DNA of 64,000 nt from an uncultured Candidatus Saccharibacteria bacterium (GTDB taxonomy: Bacteria > Patescibacteriota > Dojkabacteria > J137). How positions within the stretch are numbered: the stretch's first letter is position 1; each line of letters starts with the position of its first letter. This document shows positions 40,582 to 49,032 of the stretch, one piece after another. The notes beneath the pieces were generated by a model. It was given only the letters and a program-made list of their open reading frames with translations, did not search any database and had not been told where the DNA came from. The stretch covers positions 864,859-928,858 of the forward strand of contig OZ246402.1 in the NCBI GenBank assembly GCA_965230975.1, read 5' to 3'. The translations under genes were made by a program, and so were the position numbers.

Positions 40582-41517
40582 ATGCAAATAAATGTTAGTA
40601 AAAAGACTTTAAGATTAAGCCTTATTGCATTAACATTTATTTGCACACTATTTACTTTAGGAATCATACTTATGAATACTCAACAAAACCCAACCATAAT
40701 TGATGCTTCTGCCAGAATTGGAACCGTGACATTAAATGTAAGAGATTTAGAAACAGTTAAAAACTTTTATAAAGATGTTGTAATGCTTAATATCTTAAGC
40801 GAATCCAATTCAGAAGTTCTATTTGGCAAAGGTGAACACGAAGTTGTAAGACTTGTTGAATCGGAGCTTCCAGAAAATCAACAAAATGAAGCAGGTCTTT
40901 ACCATGTCGCAATTGTATTTGGCTCAAGAGGTGAACTTGCCTATCATTTAAATAACGTTTTAGAAAAATCTTTGGATACCTATCAAGGTTCTGGAGACCA
41001 TACTGTTAGCGAGGCATTTTATTTTTCAGACCCAGAAGGGAATGGAATAGAAATTTATTTTGATAGACCCAATAGTGAGTGGAAGTACGATGCTAATGGA
41101 AAGATTCAAATGGGAACTCAATATATTGATGAACAAGCCTACATCAAGAAATATTTAAACAATGAAGCTGATGATTCTATAAAAACTGGTCATATTCATT
41201 TGCAAATTGGAGATATTCGAGACGCACTAGATTTTTATGTTGATGGTTTAGGTTTTGAAGTTCAAGCACAAATGCCAACAGCATTATTTATTTCTGCAGG
41301 TGGATATCATCATCATATTGGGTTAAATACTTGGAATAGCCTTGGAGCAGGTAAAAGAGAAGAGACTTTAGGTTTGCGAAGTTTTGAAATATTAATTAAT
41401 GACTTATCTGGGATTGAATCAAGATTAAGCACAAAAAAGATAGAATATATTAAAGATGGAAACTCAATAACAGTTAACGACCCATGGAATAATCAAATTA
41501 GAATATTAAAGATTTAA
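40582..41517 (+). CDS. VOC-family ring-cleavage dioxygenase (CatE-like)
   Basis: GLYHVA, DHTVSEAFYFSDPEGNGIEIY.DRP, GHIHLQ, GGYHHHIGLNTW, DPW. Confidence 0.88.
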   Translation: MQINVSKKTLRLSLIALTFICTLFTLGIILMNTQQNPTIIDASARIGTVTLNVRDLETVKNFYKDVVMLNILSESNSEVLFGKGEHEVVRLVESELPENQQNEAGLYHVAIVFGSRGELAYHLNNVLEKSLDTYQGSGDHTVSEAFYFSDPEGNGIEIYFDRPNSEWKYDANGKIQMGTQYIDEQAYIKKYLNNEADDSIKTGHIHLQIGDIRDALDFYVDGLGFEVQAQMPTALFISAGGYHHHIGLNTWNSLGAGKREETLGLRSFEILINDLSGIESRLSTKKIEYIKDGNSITVNDPWNNQIRILKI

Positions 41518-41529
41518 ACACCTATTAAG

Positions 41530-42036
41530 TTACTTTTCCTCTTTTCTTTTAGTCAACAAGAATAAAAGTATCAAAAGTAACAATATCAAAACAGGAATAA
41601 TACAATACCAACTTGTTAAAAACCCAAGAACAGAGCTTTGATCTTGTAAATTAGAATCAGTTGAATTTGTAGTTCCACCTTTATCAGAACTGGTATTTGT
41701 AGACGGCTTTGCACTATCGTTAGTATTTGTATAAGAAATAGGTGTAGTGTAACTAACTGGATTTGTAGAACCTACAGATACAAATTGCAAACCTGAGTTT
41801 GTATTGGTGTTAGAATTATTACCACTATTTTGAGATGTTTGTGATTCTATCTCTGCATTAAATAAGCTATTGTTAACTAAAATTCCATAATCCGAAGATT
41901 CAAGCTCATCATCTGCAAAATTCCCAAAAGAGTAAGAATCTAAAATATAGTCTGGGCTCTCAATTCCCTTTATAGTAAATGGTATCAGTGAAAGAAATAA
42001 GACTGCCAATATGGTTATTGCTAAAGGTTTTGCCAT
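41530..42036 (-). CDS. Exported/membrane-anchored low-complexity protein
   Basis: Signal peptide (MAKPLAITIL...), S/N/T linker, C-terminal TM plus KRK; likely ATG at 42036. Confidence 0.65.
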   Translation of the reverse strand: MAKPLAITILAVLFLSLIPFTIKGIESPDYILDSYSFGNFADDELESSDYGILVNNSLFNAEIESQTSQNSGNNSNTNTNSGLQFVSVGSTNPVSYTTPISYTNTNDSAKPSTNTSSDKGGTTNSTDSNLQDQSSVLGFLTSWYCIIPVLILLLLILLFLLTKRKEEK

Positions 42037-42090
42037 TGCATTAGGTTTAAATTTACTATAGTATATTTTAAACAATATCACATATCAACT

Positions 42091-44817
42091 ATGAATAATA
42101 AGCTAAAAACCATTTTGTTATTACTTCTTCTATTTATAGGGACTTCTTTTCTAAGAATTGAAACATTTGCAGATATTAATAGAACCATTGGGTTCCAAGG
42201 TTCTGTTAGAAATAAAACTACAAGCTCTGCAGTAAATGGTAACTTTGACTTCGTTTTTAAAATATATAATGTCAGCTCTGGTGGAACTGCCCTATGGACA
42301 GAAACCAGGAACGGAGCAAATCAAATTACAGTTACAAATAGTCAATTTTCAGTAAATTTAGGTAGCCTAACAGCTTTTAGCAATTTAATAGACTTTAACT
42401 CAGATTCTTTATATTTAGGAATCAACTTTAATAATAATGGAGAAATGACACCTAGAGTTAAATTAAGTGCATCAACATACGCATTTAATGCAGAAAAAGT
42501 AAATGGGTTAACAGTTATAAGTACAAATGGAACTTTAAGCATTCCAAATAATAAAACAATTACATTTGCAGATGACTTTACCACAGCGGGTTCTTTTGCA
42601 CTAACATTAACAACAACAGCTTCTACAAACGTAACCTTACCAACAACTGGAACATTAGCAACTTTGGCTGGTACAGAATTATTAACAAATAAAACAATTG
42701 GATCTACAGGATTAACATTCTCTGGTTCAACAACAGATATAAATACAGCTGCTTCAGAAGCATTAGTTTTACAGGGTAATGCAGATTCAATTTTTCAAAC
42801 TACCGCAGGGGGAATATATTTAAAACCAGCAGGAAGTAGCACAACAAGCTTTGTTCAAATAGGTGAGGGTAGCGGTTCTGCAACACCTGACTTTTTCAAA
42901 CTAGATGTGAAATCAACTTCCGGAGACCCAGTTGGAGGAACAGTTGGTTCTATGTACTATAACAATGCAGATAACAAATTTAGATGCTACCAAAACAGCG
43001 CGTGGACAGATTGTATTGGGACAGGTATAGGCAGCACTGTTACAACAGCAAATATTGCAAATTCTTATGTTATATCTCAAGAAGCACCTAATTATTACGC
43101 TACTTCGAATAACGGATTAACAGATTATTCCGGAACTTCTTTGAAAACAGTTGTTGAAAGTGCTGTTACAGCATTAAATACCGCGGGAGGAGGAAAGATA
43201 TCTTTTCAAAGTGGGACTTTCGATTTAGGTACTGACTATTTCATAATTAATTCAAAAAATGACATTATATTTGAAGGGCAGGGAATTGATGCAACAATAA
43301 TACAGAATAACACAGATGTTGCAGACGATTCTGAACCTTTAAATTTTACAAATGCCAAAAGAATTACAATTCGAGATTTAACTGTATCTGCGGGTGGTGC
43401 TGCAAGAAGTACAAGTGATGCTATTGATCTTGATAATGGAGAAGAAGTTCTAATTGAGAGAGTTAAGATTACAAGTTCAAGAGGAAGAGGAATAGTTATT
43501 GATGGTAAAGATGCTGGATCCACAGGAGATAGGAATGTAATACGTGACTGCATAATTACAGGTGTTCCAGATGATGGGATTGAATTGTTGGCATCTAACG
43601 AAAATACTGTACAAGGTTGCAAGATTTTTGATGTAGGAGGTAATGGAATACAGCTTGCAAAAGGTTCTGCTGTTGCAGCACAGCCAAATAAACAATCCCA
43701 ATATAACTCAATTATTGGAAATACTATTAATAATGTGGGAAGAGATGGAATTAATATAGTTAGCGGAAACTACAATATTATCGCAAACAATACCATAACT
43801 AATAGTGCGGATGATGTTTCTAGTAGGGACGGAATTAGACTTGAAGAAGCAAGTTCAATTGAATGTAAGTACAATATTATTATAGGCAACATTGCTACTG
43901 ATAATCAAACACCTAAAACACAAAAATATGGTGTTAATATATCTACCGCAATATGTACCAATACCCTTGTTACTAATAATTTCTTAGAAGATAATCTTAC
44001 ATCAGCCTTCAATGATTTAGGTACAAATACTTATCTTTCCCAATATATTAGCGGTAATAATATTATTGCTAAACTTAGCAATGTAGGTATCGGAACTACG
44101 GCACCCAATGCACCATTAGAAATACTAAGTACCTCAACGCAGCTAAGATTATCTTATTCTGGATCTGTTTATTCTACTTTAGGATCAAATTCCAGTGGCT
44201 ACTTAACTATAGAGTCTAATGGTTCTGCAACAGGAAGATTACAGTTAGGTGCAGGAGGAGCAGGCACAGCCACCCCAGATCTTTTAGGTCTAGATGTAAA
44301 ATCAACATCTGGAGACCCCTCAGGGTTTAATGGAGCAATGTATTACAATGCTAACAGTGGCAAGTTTAGATGTTATCAAAGCGATGCTTGGACAGATTGC
44401 ATAGGCACGGGTTCAGTTGGAGCATCTATACCACAAACTATCACATTCTTAGCTGCATCTTCAGTTACATGGACAGCTCAACCTGCAGGTTTAACAGAAT
44501 TATTGGGCAACACAAGACAAAGAGTCAAAATTGATTTGACTAATGCAACTCAGGCAAGAATAGTAGCAAACATACCTACACAGGGTTCTACAAATGCAGA
44601 ATTAAGATTACAATTTTCTACAGATGGAGTATCTTGGAACTATTTGGATTTAGGTACAGGTCCTAATGTAAATATAGGCAGCAATGGGTTAAGAGTATCT
44701 AGTTATGTTAATATAGATGCATCTGCAAAGAGTGATGTATTTTTAAGAGTAATTGGCATAAACGGTGACGGAGCTGCAAACCCTATACTTGGTACCATTT
44801 ATGCCCAAATAAAATAG
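42091..44817 (+). CDS. Secreted protein with right-handed parallel beta-helix (pectin-lyase/NosD-like)
   Basis: Signal peptide; FQG..F.IY..GG.ALWTET N-domain; repeated DGI/N.I.GN.I beta-helix coils; duplicated MYYN...FRCYQ..W.DC module. Confidence 0.8.
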   Translation: MNNKLKTILLLLLLFIGTSFLRIETFADINRTIGFQGSVRNKTTSSAVNGNFDFVFKIYNVSSGGTALWTETRNGANQITVTNSQFSVNLGSLTAFSNLIDFNSDSLYLGINFNNNGEMTPRVKLSASTYAFNAEKVNGLTVISTNGTLSIPNNKTITFADDFTTAGSFALTLTTTASTNVTLPTTGTLATLAGTELLTNKTIGSTGLTFSGSTTDINTAASEALVLQGNADSIFQTTAGGIYLKPAGSSTTSFVQIGEGSGSATPDFFKLDVKSTSGDPVGGTVGSMYYNNADNKFRCYQNSAWTDCIGTGIGSTVTTANIANSYVISQEAPNYYATSNNGLTDYSGTSLKTVVESAVTALNTAGGGKISFQSGTFDLGTDYFIINSKNDIIFEGQGIDATIIQNNTDVADDSEPLNFTNAKRITIRDLTVSAGGAARSTSDAIDLDNGEEVLIERVKITSSRGRGIVIDGKDAGSTGDRNVIRDCIITGVPDDGIELLASNENTVQGCKIFDVGGNGIQLAKGSAVAAQPNKQSQYNSIIGNTINNVGRDGINIVSGNYNIIANNTITNSADDVSSRDGIRLEEASSIECKYNIIIGNIATDNQTPKTQKYGVNISTAICTNTLVTNNFLEDNLTSAFNDLGTNTYLSQYISGNNIIAKLSNVGIGTTAPNAPLEILSTSTQLRLSYSGSVYSTLGSNSSGYLTIESNGSATGRLQLGAGGAGTATPDLLGLDVKSTSGDPSGFNGAMYYNANSGKFRCYQSDAWTDCIGTGSVGASIPQTITFLAASSVTWTAQPAGLTELLGNTRQRVKIDLTNATQARIVANIPTQGSTNAELRLQFSTDGVSWNYLDLGTGPNVNIGSNGLRVSSYVNIDASAKSDVFLRVIGINGDGAANPILGTIYAQIK

Positions 44818-44818
44818 T

Positions 44819-45214
44819 ATGTTAGAAATAAAACCACTAAATAAAAGATCTAAAAAGCAAAATTCATTACTTTATCTTGTAATTATATTATTAATAGCTT
44901 TAGTGGTATTTTTTGGATTTAAATACTACGAAAGCCAACTACCAACCAATCAAACAATATCTCAAAAAGGAGAAGTAGATTCTAATAAAATTATTGAAGA
45001 TGTTTCCAAAATATTTTTATTACCCATAAACGAGCAACCCTCAGTTGCATTAATCAAAGATTTAAATTCTTTAGCACCTCAACCAATATTTACAAATGCA
45101 CAAAATGGAGATGTTTTATTGATTTATTTAAATGCTAAAAAAGCAATTTTATATAGACCATCCGAAAATAAAGTTATAGATGTTGGTCCTGTAAATGTAT
45201 CTTCAGGTCAGTAA
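44819..45214 (+). CDS. Single-TM hypothetical protein
   Basis: TM helix then LP..EQPSVA.I.D...F.NAQNGD.LLIY..AKKAILYRP; 1 bp downstream of the previous gene. Confidence 0.75.
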   Translation: MLEIKPLNKRSKKQNSLLYLVIILLIALVVFFGFKYYESQLPTNQTISQKGEVDSNKIIEDVSKIFLLPINEQPSVALIKDLNSLAPQPIFTNAQNGDVLLIYLNAKKAILYRPSENKVIDVGPVNVSSGQ

Positions 45215-45266
45215 GTGTTTTGAAAGTAGGTAGAATTTACTTAAACTTAAATTTTAATTAACAAAA

Positions 45267-45395
45267 ATGTCTGCAAAAGATAAAGGTAATCAAAGACAAA
45301 GTACCAGTGATTTAGCTGCTAAAAAACCAAAAAGTAGCAAACAAGCTAAAGCAGATAGAAAAGCAAAAAAAGCTGCAAAAGAATTAAGAAGATAA
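45267..45395 (+). CDS. Small basic protein (42 aa), absent from the ORF track
   Basis: MSAKDKGNQRQSTSDLAAKKPKSSKQAKADRKAKKAAKELRR; fills the intergenic gap; TAGAAT at 45231-45236 upstream. Confidence 0.55.
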   Translation: MSAKDKGNQRQSTSDLAAKKPKSSKQAKADRKAKKAAKELRR

Positions 45396-45492
45396 CATTT
45401 ATCCCTGTTCCTTAACCACAATTCCAATACCCAGGGAATGTTAATTAATGCCAAAATTTGCTATCATTACAGGCTAATTAATTTCGTATTTT

Positions 45493-46938
45493 ATGAGTAC
45501 AGAAGAGGTAATAATTCGATTTGACAACGTTACATTCAAATATTCTGATAAAAAGGTCACTTTAGAAGAGGCCAATTTTAACGTACGAAAAAATTCTAAA
45601 ATAACCATTACAGGTCAAAATGGAGCAGGTAAATCTACGATATTTAAACTTATTATGGGTGAATTAAAGCCAACAAAAGGTCAAATTCATATAAAACTAG
45701 GTTCAAAAATTGGAATTGCAAGGCAAATGATCCCTCACGAAGATTTAGATTTATCATTATTAGAATTCTTTCAAAAAACTTTACCTGAAAAGCAATATGG
45801 AATAGAAAGAGACATTAAAGACGTAATGTCCGCTGTGAATTTAACATTACCTACAAATAAAAAAGTTAGAGAATTATCTGGCGGGCAAAAAGCTAGATTA
45901 TTATTAGCTCAAGCATTAATTCAAGACCCGGACATCTTACTTTTAGATGAACCAACAAACAATCTAGATGTAACAGGAATTGAGCATTTAACAGCATTTT
46001 TACAGGCATATACAAAAACAGTAATTGTAATTTCCCACGATGCAACTTTCTTAAGTGCATTTACAGATGGGATTTTGAATTTGGATATCTATACTCATAA
46101 AGTAGATCAATTTGTTGGGGACTATTACGACGCCCTTTACCAAATGGAACAGCAAAGAGAAAGGGAAAGACTTAATAATGCAAGAATTGAAAAAAGTATT
46201 CAAAATAGATTTGAAAAAGTAAACAAACTTGGTGGTAAAAGTGTTGCAATGAGAAAGCTAGCAAACAAAGTAAGAGAAGAGATTGAAGAGGATAGAGAAG
46301 ATATTGTAGACATTAGAAAAGAGGAAAAAACATTGCCAGATTTTGATATTCCAGCTCAACATGTTCCAGGCACTGTAATGAAAATTAGCCAGGTTAGCTT
46401 TTTAAAAAACGAAAAGCCAACAACTAAAGATGTAAACATTGAACTATTTAGAGGTGATAGATTAATTATCAAAGGTCCCAATGGAATTGGAAAAAGCACA
46501 CTTTTAAAGTCTATGTTAGAAGGTAAAGGTGTTACTTTTAATAAAGAGGTTAGAATAGGGTATTACAGCCAAGACTTCTCAGAACTTGATTTTAATCAGA
46601 CTCCTTTTGAGTCTTTAAAAAGTGTTATGGCAGAATTTGATATTCCAAAGCTTTATGGCACTGCTGGTAGATTCATGCTTAGTGGTGAGATGTTAAATAA
46701 TCCGATAGGTTCACTGTCCGAGGGTCAAAAAGGTTTACTTTGCTATGCAAGATTTATGCTTCAAGAACCAGGACTTTTGATTATGGATGAACCAACAAAC
46801 CACATTAACTATAGACATATTCCCGTAATTGCAGAAGCAATTAATAACTATAAAGGTGCTTTGATTCTTGTAAGCCACTTGGATGAATTTGTTTGGCAAC
46901 TAAAAATAGACAAAGAATTGGATTTAGCGAAGTACTAA
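45493..46938 (+). CDS. ABC-F family ribosome-associated ATPase
   Basis: Two ABC domains (GQNGAGKST/LSGGQ/LDEPTNNLD and GPNGIGKST/LSEGQ/MDEPTNH); no TM helices. Confidence 0.9.
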   Translation: MSTEEVIIRFDNVTFKYSDKKVTLEEANFNVRKNSKITITGQNGAGKSTIFKLIMGELKPTKGQIHIKLGSKIGIARQMIPHEDLDLSLLEFFQKTLPEKQYGIERDIKDVMSAVNLTLPTNKKVRELSGGQKARLLLAQALIQDPDILLLDEPTNNLDVTGIEHLTAFLQAYTKTVIVISHDATFLSAFTDGILNLDIYTHKVDQFVGDYYDALYQMEQQRERERLNNARIEKSIQNRFEKVNKLGGKSVAMRKLANKVREEIEEDREDIVDIRKEEKTLPDFDIPAQHVPGTVMKISQVSFLKNEKPTTKDVNIELFRGDRLIIKGPNGIGKSTLLKSMLEGKGVTFNKEVRIGYYSQDFSELDFNQTPFESLKSVMAEFDIPKLYGTAGRFMLSGEMLNNPIGSLSEGQKGLLCYARFMLQEPGLLIMDEPTNHINYRHIPVIAEAINNYKGALILVSHLDEFVWQLKIDKELDLAKY

Positions 46939-46952
46939 AGATATAATTGCAT

Positions 46953-47654
46953 ATGCAAAAATTCCCACACGTAAAATTTGAACTAGATAAAGAAGTCGAT
47001 AAATTTATGGCTTCTAAATTTTTAGATTATAGAATAGGGGCAGTTGATTATAGCGATGGAGTATGGGAACCTCACCCAAGTCTTAAAGGAGTTACCGGGA
47101 AAGACATTTATGTGATAGATGAATATTTCAATAAGTTTTATTCTAATAATTCACTTCTTTTAAACAGACTTGTTGAGACTTTTACAAAAGAGTGGGATAA
47201 AATAGAAAAAGAATACCTCAAACAATGTTCAGACATTTTTAATGGATTGAGTTTCCCATCTGGTGATTATATAGGATATGTTTCCATAATTAATTGTAAT
47301 CCAAGATTTTTAGAAACTTCCTCCTACCAATTGTTTTATAAGTCTAAGTCATGCATTCCTATAACAGCACATGAGTTAATGCATTTTATGTTTTATTCCT
47401 ACATTACAAGAAATTCAAGTAAAGCAAAAAAAGACGAAATAGAATCTAGCGGAGCTTGGTGGTTAATTTCAGAAATCTTTAATAATGTTGTATTGGACTT
47501 ACCTGAGTTTAGAGAATTACTTGGTGGATATTTTGAAGAGCCGCACCCTGGTCACCAAGAATATATAGAACCTGCAAAAAAACTTTACGCAAAAGCTGGT
47601 AGCATTGATGATTTCATAAATTCGCTATTTGAGCTTACATCTACAAATAATTAA
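46953..47654 (+). CDS. Hypothetical HExxH protein
   Basis: TAHELMHF with a downstream SEIFN; 14 bp downstream of ABC-F. Confidence 0.6.
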   Translation: MQKFPHVKFELDKEVDKFMASKFLDYRIGAVDYSDGVWEPHPSLKGVTGKDIYVIDEYFNKFYSNNSLLLNRLVETFTKEWDKIEKEYLKQCSDIFNGLSFPSGDYIGYVSIINCNPRFLETSSYQLFYKSKSCIPITAHELMHFMFYSYITRNSSKAKKDEIESSGAWWLISEIFNNVVLDLPEFRELLGGYFEEPHPGHQEYIEPAKKLYAKAGSIDDFINSLFELTSTNN

Positions 47655-47835
47655 TTAACTATAAATTTCATCTGCATTAAAACTCCCCCTGTTTTTCAAA
47701 TGCCAAAAAAAGGAGTTCGTTCGTAATACGAACTAAATTATTTATGAATTGTTGAAGATATTCTTCGAACTTTGGAACAAAAGTTTCAAAATTTTTATGA
47801 AAGAGATGATTTGTAAAAGCACTTTTAATAAACAT

Positions 47836-48996
47836 TTATAGAAATTTACTCAACACATAACTTTCTAAGTCCAACCCTTTATCTGTTAAGACTAAATTCC
47901 TTTTAGATGTTGTTGCCAAATTTTCAGTTATGAGTTCAGTAATAATTATCGAATACTTTTCTTGAAACTTTACACCAAACTTTTTCTCAAATTTCTCAAA
48001 TGATAAACCCTCAATTAACCTTAACTGCAAAAGAATAAACTCGAGCATTTGATGATTCTTATCGATATCAATTAATCCCTCCTTCGCGCTTTCACCTTTT
48101 AAAGTTTTAATAACATATCCATCAACATCTAAAACATTATTAAATCTATGCCCATTAAAGTAACTATGCGCAGAAGCTCCAAGACCAATATATTCTTCAC
48201 CATTCCAAACACTTAGATTATGATTAGATTCAAACCCGGGCTTTGCAAAATTAGAAATTTCGTAATGCTTAAAGCCTGCAGTTTGCAAAGCCCGACGGGC
48301 ATACAAATACATTTCTCTATCCAATTCTTCGTTGGCTCTTTTAAACAAGCCTTTTTGCTCCATAACTCCGTAAATAGATCTCTCATCTACTTCTAAAGAA
48401 TAGCAAGAGATATGTTTTGGATTTAACTTGATTACGTTATCTACAGATTCTTTCCATTCCTCCAAGGTTTGGTTAGGGATTCCAAATATAAGGTCTACAT
48501 TTATATTCTCAAATCTGGATTGCTTAATCACCTTATAGTATTCCAAAAACTCTTCTATAGTGTAAAGTCTACCCATATACTTTAGAATATTATCTTGCCA
48601 GGCTTGAAGGCCAATACTAATTCTTCTTATCCCACAATTGTAATAATCATCCAGCTTTTTTTTAGTAATATTTTCCGGGTTAACTTCAATGCTAATATCT
48701 AAATCTTCGGCAAGCCTATAGTTTTGTTTTATATACTTAACAAAATCAACAATACTTTTAGAATCTACTAAAGATGGAGTTCCACCACCGAAATAAATTG
48801 TTTTTATTTCGTATTCTGACTTCTGAGAATCAACCGAGTTCAAGGATATGCTTGAGGCATAAGTTTCAAGCTCCTTTTTTAAAGCCTTAAAGTAGAGTGG
48901 TAGTTGAGGTGTTCTTCCTGCAACAACGTAAAAGTTGCAATATCTGCACCTGTATTTGCAGTAGGGAATGTGAATGTATAAATTTAATGGCTTCAT
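47836..48996 (-). CDS. hemW: Radical SAM heme chaperone (HemN-like)
   Basis: LYIHIPYC-x3-C-x2-C, FGGGTPS, EVNP, RISIGLQ, YEISNF, HN-x2-VW, GLGASAHS. Confidence 0.9.
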   Translation of the reverse strand: MKPLNLYIHIPYCKYRCRYCNFYVVAGRTPQLPLYFKALKKELETYASSISLNSVDSQKSEYEIKTIYFGGGTPSLVDSKSIVDFVKYIKQNYRLAEDLDISIEVNPENITKKKLDDYYNCGIRRISIGLQAWQDNILKYMGRLYTIEEFLEYYKVIKQSRFENINVDLIFGIPNQTLEEWKESVDNVIKLNPKHISCYSLEVDERSIYGVMEQKGLFKRANEELDREMYLYARRALQTAGFKHYEISNFAKPGFESNHNLSVWNGEEYIGLGASAHSYFNGHRFNNVLDVDGYVIKTLKGESAKEGLIDIDKNHQMLEFILLQLRLIEGLSFEKFEKKFGVKFQEKYSIIITELITENLATTSKRNLVLTDKGLDLESYVLSKFL

Positions 48997-49032
48997 TGTG
49001 CCGATTATACCAGAAAGCTATAGGGTAGAGTA

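Noticed and set aside
45493-46938. ABC-F as an antibiotic-resistance (ARE) factor with a leader peptide
   Set aside because: No diagnostic ARE feature is recognisable by eye, and the upstream small ORF is separated by an apparent independent promoter; subfamily needs phylogeny
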